From: an uncultured Acidobacteriota bacterium
GTDB lineage: Bacteria; Acidobacteriota; Polarisedimenticolia; J045
Length of the DNA: 64,000 bases
Assembly (NCBI GenBank): GCA_963702545.1
Contig: CAVPDB010000001.1
Span: 972 to 64,971 of the forward strand
Direction of reading: 5' to 3'
Shown here: positions 22,178-30,449 of the stretch, piece after piece
Layout: each line of letters begins with the position of its first letter
Numbering within the stretch: position 1 is the first letter of the stretch
Notes under the pieces: model-generated
Seen by the model: only the letters and a program-made list of their open reading frames with translations
Told to the model about the DNA's origin: nothing
The model's database searches: none
Made by a program: the position numbers and the translations under genes

Positions 22178-23035
22178 ATGGAGGGCCGGGTGCGCGGAAC
22201 GGGTGCGCGGAGCGGGAGAAGCGGAGTCGCGGCGGTCGAGGCCGTGGCCGGCGATCCGCTCGACTCGATCGACTTCACCCGCCTGCCGCGGCACGTGGCG
22301 GTGATCATGGACGGTAACGGGCGCTGGGCCGGCGCGCGCCACCTGCCGCGGATCGCCGGACACCGCGCCGGGATCGCGGCCGTGCGCGAGGTGGTCGAGG
22401 GGGCGGCCCGGCTCGGGATCGAGGTCCTGACGCTCTACGCCTTCAGCCGCGAGAACTGGAGCCGTCCCGCCCCCGAGGTCAACGCGCTGATGCGCCTGCT
22501 GCGCGACTACCTCGAGGCCGAGCTGGCGACGCTGCTCGAGCGCAACATCCGGTTCCGTGCGATCGGCCGGATCGACGAACTGCCGGCGCCGGTGCGGAGC
22601 GCGCTCGCCGACGCCGAGGAGCGGACCCTTGCCAATACCGGGATGCTGTTCCTGATCGCGCTCTCGTATTCCGGGCGGGCCGAGCTGGCCGATGCGGCGC
22701 GGGCGATCGCGGTGGACGCGGTGGCGGGCCGGCTGGACCCGGCGGCGATCGACGAGGCCGTCCTCGCGGCGCGCCTGCACACCGCCGACGTACCCGATCC
22801 CGACCTGCTGATCCGCAGCTCGGGCGAACTGCGCCTGTCGAACTTCCTGCTCTGGCAGCTGGCCTACTCCGAGATCTGGGTCACGCCCGTGCTCTGGCCC
22901 GACTTCCGGCGCCGCCACCTGCACGAGGCGGTCGTGGAGTTCCAGCGCCGCGAACGGCGCTTCGGCGGCGTGGCGGCCGGCGCGGCGACCGGCTCAGCAG
23001 CCGCTCGCCCGGCGCGTGCGCGGGTGCGCCCGTGA
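22178..23035 (+). CDS. uppS: Undecaprenyl diphosphate synthase
   Basis: HVAVIMDGNGRWA, TLYAFSRENWSRP and RSSGELRLSNFLLWQLAYSE. Confidence 0.92.
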   Translation: MEGRVRGTGARSGRSGVAAVEAVAGDPLDSIDFTRLPRHVAVIMDGNGRWAGARHLPRIAGHRAGIAAVREVVEGAARLGIEVLTLYAFSRENWSRPAPEVNALMRLLRDYLEAELATLLERNIRFRAIGRIDELPAPVRSALADAEERTLANTGMLFLIALSYSGRAELADAARAIAVDAVAGRLDPAAIDEAVLAARLHTADVPDPDLLIRSSGELRLSNFLLWQLAYSEIWVTPVLWPDFRRRHLHEAVVEFQRRERRFGGVAAGAATGSAAARPARARVRP

Positions 23036-23841
23036 CGCGCGTCCTGACCGCGCTGGTCCTGGCGGCGATCGTCATCCCGGCCGTGAAGTGGGCGCCGCCC
23101 TGGGCCTGGTGGGCGCTGGTGCTGGTCGCAGGCGGGGGCGCGGTGCTGGAACTGCAGGGGATGCTGGGCCGCCTCGGGCGTGCGCCCTGGCTGGCGCTGA
23201 GCCTGGCCGGGACGATCGCCGTCGCGCTCTCGATCGGCTTCGCGCCCTCCGCGACGCCACCGCTTCTCACCGCGGTGGTGCTGGCGGCGCTGCTGGCCGC
23301 GCTGGCGACCACCGGGCCGCTGGCGCCGCGCGTCGACCGGGTCCTGGGAACGCTGTTCGTCGTCGCCTACCTGGGCCTGACCGGCGGCTACCTCGGCGTG
23401 CTGGGAACGGTCCAGCTGCCCGGCGCGACCGACCGCGGCGACATGCTGATCCTGGCGATGGTCGCGGTCTACGTCGGCGACATCTTCGCGCTGTACGGCG
23501 GGCGCGCGTTCGGGCGGCGCCGGCTCGCGCCGGTCATCTCCCCGAAGAAGACCTGGGAGGGGGCGATCGCCGGCCTCGCGGGCTCGGTCGCGGGAGCGCT
23601 GCTGGCGCCGCTCTGGTTCGCGCGCGCGCTGCCCGTCCGCCACGCCGTGGCGCTCGGGCTCCTGCTCGGGATCGTCGGGATCGCGGGGGACCTCGCGGAG
23701 TCGCTGCTCAAGCGCGCGGCCGAGGTCAAGGACTCGGGGACCCTCCTGCCGGGCCACGGCGGGATCCTGGACCGGATCGACAGCCTGCTGTTCGCGGCCC
23801 CGGTGCTCTACTCCTACTACGCCCTGTTCCTGGCTGGGTGA
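23032..23841 (+). CDS. cdsA: Phosphatidate cytidylyltransferase
   Basis: Multi-TM protein with SPKKTWEGAIAG and GHGGILDRIDS signatures. The start overlaps the uppS stop. Confidence 0.9.
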   Translation: MTRVLTALVLAAIVIPAVKWAPPWAWWALVLVAGGGAVLELQGMLGRLGRAPWLALSLAGTIAVALSIGFAPSATPPLLTAVVLAALLAALATTGPLAPRVDRVLGTLFVVAYLGLTGGYLGVLGTVQLPGATDRGDMLILAMVAVYVGDIFALYGGRAFGRRRLAPVISPKKTWEGAIAGLAGSVAGALLAPLWFARALPVRHAVALGLLLGIVGIAGDLAESLLKRAAEVKDSGTLLPGHGGILDRIDSLLFAAPVLYSYYALFLAG

Positions 23842-23902
23842 TTCGCGGGAACCCCCCTACAATGAACGGCTTGGGGCCGAAGGCGCCCCTCGAAAGGAGC
23901 CC

Positions 23903-25071
23903 GTGCCCCGTCGCGTCGCCATTCTCGGCTCGACCGGATCGATCGGCCGGAACACGCTCGACGTGGTCCGCCGCCACCCCGGCCGATTCGAAGTGGTCGG
24001 GCTCGTGGCCGGCCGGCAGGTCCAGCGCCTCGCCGAGCAGGTGCGGGAGTTCCGGCCCCGCGCGGTGGCGGTCGCGGACGACGCGGCGCGGCGCGAACTG
24101 ATCGGGCTGCTCGCCGGGCGCGCACCCGAGGTCCGGGTTGGGGAGCAGGGGGCCGCCGAGGTGACCGTCGGGACCGGCGCCGAAGTCGTCGTCGCCGCGA
24201 TCGTCGGGGCGGCGGGCCTGGTCCCGGTGCTGGCCGCCTGCTCGGCGGGCGCGGTCGTGGCGCTGGCGAACAAGGAGGCACTGGTCGTCGCCGGCGAGCT
24301 GATGGTCCGCGCGGCGCGGGAGAACGGGGCGGTCCTGGTCCCGGTCGACAGCGAGCACAGCGCGATCCACCAATGCCTGCGCTCGGGCGGCCACGGCGAG
24401 GCGCGGCGGATCGTGCTGACCGCGTCGGGCGGCCCGTTCCGCGGCCGGCGGCGCGCCGAGCTGGAGCGGGTCACGAGCGCCGAGGCGCTCCGGCACCCGA
24501 CCTGGCAGATGGGCCCGAAGATCACGATCGACTCGGCCACGCTGATGAACAAGGGGCTCGAGGTGATCGAGGCCCACTGGCTGTTCGGGATGGTGCCGGC
24601 GCAGATCGACGTCCTGGTCCACCCGCAGAGCATCGTTCACAGCATGGTCGAGTTCCGCGACGGGTCGGTGGTGGCGCAGCTCGGCCTGGCCGACATGCGG
24701 CTGCCGATCCAGTACGCGCTGGACTACCCGGCACGGCACGACGGGATCACCGAGCCGCTCGACCTGGCCGCGATCGGCATGCTCACCTTCGAGCGGCCCG
24801 ACCGCGAGTCGTTCCGCTGCCTCGACCTCGCCTACCGGGCGATCGAGGAGGGGGGGACGCGCCGGCGCGGCTCAACGCCGCGAACGAGGTCGCGGTCGAC
24901 GCCTTTCTCCACGGCCGCCTCGGATTCCTCGAGATTCCGCGCGTGATCGAGCACGAGCTCGACCGGGCCGCAGCCGGCCCGGTCTTCGAGTTGGCCGAGC
25001 TGGTCGAAAGTGACCGCGCCGCCCGCGGCGCGGCGCACACATTCATCGAACGGGAGCGGACCGCGCCGTGA
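23903..25071 (+). CDS. dxr: 1-deoxy-D-xylulose-5-phosphate reductoisomerase, apparent 1-nt frameshift in a G6 run (24851-24856)
   Basis: ORF 23903-24946 has [24 protein letters not shown] and NKGLEVIEA. The C-terminus ([13 protein letters not shown]...) is in the frame of ORF 24373-25071. Confidence 0.9.
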
Positions 25072-26441
25072 TCGATCTCCTGCTGCAGGGCCTGAGCCTG
25101 ATCGTCGTGATCGGGATCCTCGTCTTCATCCACGAGTCGGGGCACTTCCTGGCGGCCAAGTACTTCGGCGTCAAGGTCGAGGTCTTCTCGCTCGGGTTCG
25201 GCCGGCGGCTGTTCGGCTTCCGGCGCGGCGAGACCGACTACCGGGTCGCGGCGATTCCGCTCGGCGGCTACGTCAAGATGCTGGGGCAGGCCGACACCCC
25301 CGACCAGGAGGCGGCCGCCTCGGAGACCGCGCTCGATCCGCGCTCGTACCTGGCCAAGCCGCGCTGGCAGCGGCTGATCATCCTGTTCGCAGGCCCGGCG
25401 ATGAACATCGCGCTGGCGCTCGTGCTGTGGTGGGGCCTGTTCATGGTGGGGACCGAGACGCTGGACGTCCCCGAGGGCCCGCCGCAGGTGGAGGCGTTCG
25501 AGGCCGGCTCGCCGGCGGAGACGGGCGGACTGGCGCCGGGCGACCGGATCGTGGCGATCGCGGGCGAGCCGATCAAGTCGGTCGAGGACTACGAGAAGAT
25601 CGTGCTCTTCCGGCCGGGTCAGACGCTCTCCTACCGGATCGAGCGCGGCCCCGAGACGCTGACCCGCGATGTGACGCTCGCGACCCACCCGGTGTACGGG
25701 GTCGGAGTCGACGGCGTGCGGGTGCGGATCCCGATCCTGGTGCAGAGCGTGCTTCCCGGGGGGCCAGCCGACACCGCGGGCTTCCGGGCCGGCGACCGGA
25801 TTCTCGAGGTCAACGGCCGGATCCCGGGCGGGCAGAGCGCCGTCGCCTCGCTGGTCGAGGAGTTCCAGGGAAAGCCGGTGCAGGTCTCGGTCCTGCGCGA
25901 CGGCGGCAAGGTGGTCCTCGAGGTCGTCCCGCAGGTCGCGGACGGCGGGCGGGCACGGATCGGGGTGATGCTCACGTATCCCCGCAAGACCGTCCGGTTC
26001 GGTCCGCTGCGCGCAGCCGAAGAGGCGCTGAAGCAGGCCCGCGACAACGCCGGGGTCCTGTTCCAGACGCTGTCCAAGCTGGTGACGGGGGCGATCGGGC
26101 CGCAGGTCATGTCGGGACCGCTGGAGATCGCGCGGATCGCGAAGGAGCAGGCCGAGCAGGGACTCAAGCCGTTCCTCGGACTGCTGGCCTTCATCAGCAT
26201 CCAGCTCGGGATCTTCAACCTGCTGCCGATCCCCGTGCTCGACGGCGGCCACATCCTGACGCTGCTGGTCGAGTCGGTGATGCGCCGGGACCTGTCGGTG
26301 CGGCTGAAGGAACGGGTGCTGCAGGTCGGATTCGTCTTCCTGATCGTCTTCGCGATGGGGGTGATCGGGTTGGATCTTCTGAAGGCCTATCGCCGGCTGC
26401 CGGATTCGCCTCCCACGGTCGAGGCCCCCGCCAAGCCGTAG
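25068..26441 (+). CDS. rseP: RIP zinc metalloprotease RseP (site-2 protease with PDZ domains)
   Basis: [10 protein letters not shown] (HExxH), PDZ-like middle region and C-terminal [12 protein letters not shown]. Confidence 0.92.
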   Translation: MIDLLLQGLSLIVVIGILVFIHESGHFLAAKYFGVKVEVFSLGFGRRLFGFRRGETDYRVAAIPLGGYVKMLGQADTPDQEAAASETALDPRSYLAKPRWQRLIILFAGPAMNIALALVLWWGLFMVGTETLDVPEGPPQVEAFEAGSPAETGGLAPGDRIVAIAGEPIKSVEDYEKIVLFRPGQTLSYRIERGPETLTRDVTLATHPVYGVGVDGVRVRIPILVQSVLPGGPADTAGFRAGDRILEVNGRIPGGQSAVASLVEEFQGKPVQVSVLRDGGKVVLEVVPQVADGGRARIGVMLTYPRKTVRFGPLRAAEEALKQARDNAGVLFQTLSKLVTGAIGPQVMSGPLEIARIAKEQAEQGLKPFLGLLAFISIQLGIFNLLPIPVLDGGHILTLLVESVMRRDLSVRLKERVLQVGFVFLIVFAMGVIGLDLLKAYRRLPDSPPTVEAPAKP

Positions 26442-26572
26442 GGGCCGGCCTCTGTGCCGGCCCGCAGGGCAAGCGCGGTTCGCAACTGCGGCGTGGCGGG
26501 CCGCCACAGAGGGCGGCGGGCGGGCCGCCACAGAGGGCGGCGTGGCGGGCCGCCACAGAGGGCGGCCCCTAC
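26438..26572. repeat. REP-like palindromic element cluster 1 (GTAGGGGCCGGC-CTCTGT-GCCGGCCC plus 3 tandem GGGCCGCC-ACAGAG-GGCGGC hairpins, ending CCCCTAC)
   Basis: Read directly. It lies between convergent genes, and the terminal GTAG and CTAC contain the TAG stop codons of both flanking genes. Confidence 0.85.
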
Positions 26573-26904
26573 TTTCTGTTTTTGAAGTCGCCCAGGACGA
26601 TCTTCTCGTTGCGCTCGGCCGTCCGCATCAGGTGCGCGGCCCAGCCGCGCCCCTCGGCGATGCGCTGCGCGAGCGCGGCGGAGTAGTCCTCCTCGAGGTC
26701 GCGCCGCACGTAGGGGAACTCGAAGTCGGCCGGCAGCGCTTCCGCGAGGAACCAGAGCAGGAACTCGAGCGTCAGCCGCTTCTCGAACCCCTCTTCGGCG
26801 CGTTCCTCGCAGCGGTACTCCGGGCGTGACACCACGTCGCGCTCGAGCAGGTCGCGCAGCACGAACAGGATCTTGTCGCGGGTGTACTGGAATTCGCGAT
26901 CCAT
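26569..26904 (-). CDS. Hypothetical acidic cytoplasmic protein (111 aa)
   Basis: The ATG at 26904 is the start of non-Arg/Pro-rich composition within ORF 26569-28104. Codon composition is normal and GC is lower than in neighbours. I recognise no family. Confidence 0.55.
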   Translation of the reverse strand: MDREFQYTRDKILFVLRDLLERDVVSRPEYRCEERAEEGFEKRLTLEFLLWFLAEALPADFEFPYVRRDLEEDYSAALAQRIAEGRGWAAHLMRTAERNEKIVLGDFKNRK

Positions 26905-27082
26905 GGCCTCGTCCCGCCCGAGAATAGCGCGTCCGGGCGTCCGGCGGCGGACGCGGTGTCCGGCCGGATCGTCCGCGGGCGGACGCCTTGCGGATCCCGC
27001 ACCGCAATGCCGCGGGTCCTGTGCGGCACGGGGCTTGCGTGGAAGGGGGCGGGTGCGCGCTCGTGCACCCGGGAGGACTCCG

Positions 27083-27433
27083 ATGACGCGACCGCTCTGC
27101 TCGCTGCCCATCCTGCTCACCTTCCTGGCGCTGCTGCTCTCCGGCCCCGCGGCGGCGCTCGCCGCGCCGGCCGACGCGGCGCCCGCCCCGCCCCCGGCCC
27201 GCAAGGCCGCGCCGGCGGGAGCCCCCGTGAACGTCAACACCGCCGGCGTCCAGGAGCTGACCTCGCTCCCCGGCGTGGGCCCGGCACTCGCGGGCCGGAT
27301 CGTCGAGCACCGCAAGCAGAGCGGCCCGTTCCGCCGCGCCGAGGACCTGCTGGCGGTGAAGGGGATCGGGCCCAAGCTGCTCGCGAAGATCAAGGACCAG
27401 CTCACCTTCGACGCGCCGGCCGCGCCGCGATGA
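27083..27433 (+). CDS. comEA: ComEA-like helix-hairpin-helix DNA-binding protein (secreted)
   Basis: Shine-Dalgarno-like (SD) gggagga upstream, signal peptide, then VNVNTAGVQELTSLPGVGPALAGRIVEHRKQSGPFRRAEDLLAVKGIGPKLLAKI. Confidence 0.8.
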   Translation: MTRPLCSLPILLTFLALLLSGPAAALAAPADAAPAPPPARKAAPAGAPVNVNTAGVQELTSLPGVGPALAGRIVEHRKQSGPFRRAEDLLAVKGIGPKLLAKIKDQLTFDAPAAPR

Positions 27434-28032
27434 GCGTCCCCCGCGGCGCGGGCGGCCACTCGCTCCTGGGCGCGCTCGTCTCGATCGCGGTCCTGGGCCT
27501 GCTGGCCGGATCGGCGGCGGAGCGGCTGCGGCCAACCGGCAGGCACCGCGCGGTCGAAGCGGCGGCTCAGTCGGTCGCAGCCCGGATGAGGACGCTCGCG
27601 CGCGCGGCGGCGCGCGACGGACGGACGCGCGCGCTCGTCTTCGCGCCGGCCGGGGCAGGGGAGCCGCTCCGCGAAGCGCGCGACGCCGGGGGCGACGGCC
27701 TCCGGCGTCGCGGCGTCGCCGACGGGAGCGACCCGGCCGGGCCGCCCTATCGGCTGGCCAGGGACCACCCCGGGGTCGAGCTGGGGCGACCCTCGTGGCG
27801 CCGGATCCGGGAGATCCCGCCGGCCCGCGGGACGATCGGCGCGGCCGAACCCGCTGTGCGATTCGGGACGGCGCGCATGGCCGTCTTCGATCCCCAGGGG
27901 CACGCGACGGCCGGCTCGCTGTTCATCACCGACGGGCGAGACGCGCTCTGCGCGGTCGTCGTCTACGGTGTCACCGCGCGGGTCCAGGTCTGGTGCTACG
28001 ACCGTGCGCAGGGCGACTGGGCGCGGCGTTGA
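27430..28032 (+). CDS. GspH/FimT-like minor pseudopilin with atypical prepilin leader
   Basis: N-terminal GGHSLLGALVSIAVLGLLAG hydrophobic segment. The C-terminal beta-rich region is typical of GspH-domain proteins. The start overlaps the comEA stop (ATGA). Confidence 0.5.
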   Translation: MSVPRGAGGHSLLGALVSIAVLGLLAGSAAERLRPTGRHRAVEAAAQSVAARMRTLARAAARDGRTRALVFAPAGAGEPLREARDAGGDGLRRRGVADGSDPAGPPYRLARDHPGVELGRPSWRRIREIPPARGTIGAAEPAVRFGTARMAVFDPQGHATAGSLFITDGRDALCAVVVYGVTARVQVWCYDRAQGDWARR

Positions 28033-28058
28033 TCGTGCCGCTGCCGGGGTGCTAGCAT
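28029..28058 (+). promoter_or_regulatory. Candidate sigma70-type promoter for gcvTH (TTGATC-N18-TAGCAT)
   Basis: ttgatc at 28029-28034 and tagcat at 28053-28058, preceded by TGC (extended -10-like). Confidence 0.3.
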
Positions 28059-28169
28059 CCCCAAACCCCACCCGGGGACGAGTGTGCCGCCCCTCCGCCC
28101 GCACGCCGTGCGCCGGCCGGAGCCCTCCGGATCGTCATCGGCGGGGTGGCACGAGACGCGAGGTGCACG

Positions 28170-29306
28170 GTGGCAGGCGACGCGGTCGGCAGCGTTCCGA
28201 TCAAGCGAACACCCCTCTACGAGAAGCACCGTGCGCTCGGGGCAAAAATCGTTCCGTTCGCCGGCTACGAGATGCCGGTCCGCTACGCCGGCGACATCGA
28301 AGAGCACCTCGCCGTGCGCCAGCGGGCGGGGTTGTTCGACGTCAGCCACATGGGCGAGTTCGAAATCCGCGGGCCGGGCGCCGATGCCTTCGTCGACTTC
28401 GTCTCCCCCTCGCGGCTGTCCGCGCTGCCGTACGGGAAGATCGCGTACTCCGGCCTGACCACGGAGCAGGGGACCTTCGTCGACGACATCCTGGCGTACC
28501 ACCTGGGCGAGCGGCATTACATGTTCGTGGTCAATGCCTCGAACAAGGACAAGGATCTCGCCTGGCTCCGGTCCCACGCGGCCGGGTTCGACGTGCGGCT
28601 GGACGACCTGTCGGACGAGACGGCGCTGATCGCGTTCCAGGGCCCGCTGGCCCGCGGCCTGGTCGCCCCGCTGGCCGAGGGGTTCGACGCGCTGGCCGTG
28701 CCCTACTACCACCTCGCGGAAGGCCGGCTGGCCGGCCGGCCGGCGCGCTTCAGCCGCACCGGCTACACCGGCGAGCAGGGCTTCGAGATCTTCCTGTCCA
28801 ACGCCGATGCGCCCCACGCCTGGGACGCGCTGCTCGAGGCCGGCGCGGCCCACGGGGTCGTTCCCGCCGGGCTCGGGGCGCGCGACACGCTGCGGCTCGA
28901 GGCCGCGCTCCCGCTCTACGGCAACGACATCGACGATACGATCACGGTCCTCGAAGCGGGCCTCGACTTCATCGTCGACTGGGACAAGGAGCGGTTCCTG
29001 GGGCGCGAGGCGCTCCTGGCGCAGCGGTCGGTCGGGCCGGCGCGCCGCCGCGTCGGATTCGAGGTCAGGGGCCCCGGGATCGCACGCCACGGCCAGGCGG
29101 TCCTGGTCGACGGCCAGCCGGCCGGGTTCGTGGCCTCGGGCAGCATCGCGCCGGCGCTGGGGAAGGCGATCGGGATGGCCTACGTTCCGGCGGCGGCGGC
29201 CGGGCTGGGGCGCGAGTTCGAGATCGACGTACGCGGCCGGCGCGTGCCGGCGGTCGTGGTGGAAATGCCGTTCTATCGTCGACCCAAGGCGAAGAAGAGC
29301 GCCTGA
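28170..29306 (+). CDS. gcvT: Glycine cleavage system aminomethyltransferase (T protein)
   Basis: KRTPLYEKHRALGAKIVPFAGYEMPVRY and GLFDVSHMGEFEIRG. The start is uncertain (GTG 28170 after gaggtg, or the ORF start at 28146). Confidence 0.9.
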   Translation: MAGDAVGSVPIKRTPLYEKHRALGAKIVPFAGYEMPVRYAGDIEEHLAVRQRAGLFDVSHMGEFEIRGPGADAFVDFVSPSRLSALPYGKIAYSGLTTEQGTFVDDILAYHLGERHYMFVVNASNKDKDLAWLRSHAAGFDVRLDDLSDETALIAFQGPLARGLVAPLAEGFDALAVPYYHLAEGRLAGRPARFSRTGYTGEQGFEIFLSNADAPHAWDALLEAGAAHGVVPAGLGARDTLRLEAALPLYGNDIDDTITVLEAGLDFIVDWDKERFLGREALLAQRSVGPARRRVGFEVRGPGIARHGQAVLVDGQPAGFVASGSIAPALGKAIGMAYVPAAAAGLGREFEIDVRGRRVPAVVVEMPFYRRPKAKKSA

Positions 29307-29334
29307 GGGCGCGCGAGCGAGAGGAGAGCAGAGC

Positions 29335-29724
29335 ATGCCGAGGCCGGAAGACTGCCTTTTCACGAAGACGCACGAATGGGTGCACCGCGAGGGGGACGAG
29401 GCGCTGGTCGGGATCTCCGACTTCGCGCAGCAGGAATTGGGCGACATCGTCTACGTCAACCTGGGCGAGGCCGGGCGGAGCCTGAAGACCGGCGAGCAGC
29501 TCGGCGAGATCGAATCGGTCAAGGCGGTGGCCGAGGTTTACGCCCCGGTCTCCGGCAGCGTCGCCGCGGTCAACGGAGCGCTGGCGGACAGCCCGGAGAA
29601 GGTCAACAAGGACCCCTACGGCGACGGCTGGCTGGCGCGGATCAAGCTCTCGTCGCTCGGCGAGCTGGACGGGATGATGAATTTCGCGGCCTACTCCAAG
29701 CACATGGCGGACGAAGGCCACTGA
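29335..29724 (+). CDS. gcvH: Glycine cleavage system H protein
   Basis: FTKTHEWV, lipoyl-lysine motif EIESVKAV and DPYGDGWL. Confidence 0.92.
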   Translation: MPRPEDCLFTKTHEWVHREGDEALVGISDFAQQELGDIVYVNLGEAGRSLKTGEQLGEIESVKAVAEVYAPVSGSVAAVNGALADSPEKVNKDPYGDGWLARIKLSSLGELDGMMNFAAYSKHMADEGH

Positions 29725-29733
29725 GAACGGTTT

Positions 29734-29762
29734 GGGCGGGGCGCCCCTGCGGCGCTCCGCCC
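29734..29762. terminator. 12-bp GC hairpin between convergent gcvH and maf (no clear U-tract)
   Basis: gggcggggcgcc-cctgc-ggcgctccgccc. Confidence 0.4.
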
Positions 29763-29763
29763 G

Positions 29764-30378
29764 TCACACCGGATCGCGCAGCGAGGGCAGGGGCAGGCCG
29801 GCCTGCCGGAACAGTCGCCGGACCTGCTCGAGCGGCAAGCCCACCACGTTGGTGACCGATCCGCGCACCTCCTCCACGAACCAGGCGGCGGTCCCCTGCA
29901 GCGCGTAGCCGCCGGCCTTGTCGTACGGCTCCGCCCCCGCGGCGTAGCGCTCGATCTCTTCGTCGTCGAGCGTGGCGAAGCGTACCGCCGTGCGGGCCAG
30001 AGCCTCGAACACGCGGCCGTCGGGAAGCGCAAGCGCGACCCCCGTCAGCACCTCGTGCCAGCGGCCGGACAACTGGCGGAGCATCGCGCGCGCCTCGCCG
30101 GGATCGCGCGGCTTGCCCAGCTGGGCGCCGTCGATCGAGACGATCGTGTCGGCGGCGAGGACAGCGCGACCGGCCGCCGCACCGCGGGCCGCGAGGGCCT
30201 TCGCGTGCGCCAGGCGGAGCGCGGTGCCGGCCGCCTCCTCGCCCGGGAGCGGCCGCTCGTCGGCGTCGACCGCGAACGCTTCGACCGCCAGCCCGAGGCT
30301 TGCCAGCAGCGCTCTCCGGCGGGGCGAGGCCGAGGCCAGGAGAAGGCCGGGAACCGGTCCGGGGACGGCGTTCGCCAA
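29764..30378 (-). CDS. maf: Maf-like nucleoside triphosphate pyrophosphatase
   Basis: LLLASASPRRRALL, ADTIV and KAGGYALQG. Putative TTG start at 30378 after gggagag. Confidence 0.8.
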   Translation of the reverse strand: MANAVPGPVPGLLLASASPRRRALLASLGLAVEAFAVDADERPLPGEEAAGTALRLAHAKALAARGAAAGRAVLAADTIVSIDGAQLGKPRDPGEARAMLRQLSGRWHEVLTGVALALPDGRVFEALARTAVRFATLDDEEIERYAAGAEPYDKAGGYALQGTAAWFVEEVRGSVTNVVGLPLEQVRRLFRQAGLPLPSLRDPV

Positions 30379-30449
30379 CGGTCTCTCCCGCCCGCTTTGC
30401 GAACCACGGGCCTGCTTCCTATTCTCTTCGCGTGACCGGTCGGTGGGCA

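Noticed and set aside
28033-28169. Glycine riboswitch upstream of gcvT
   Set aside because: I could not find the conserved glycine-aptamer cores (GGAGAG...CACCG..., CUCAGGC-type segments) in the 140-nt leader. Only a candidate promoter is present. A covariance-model scan would be decisive.
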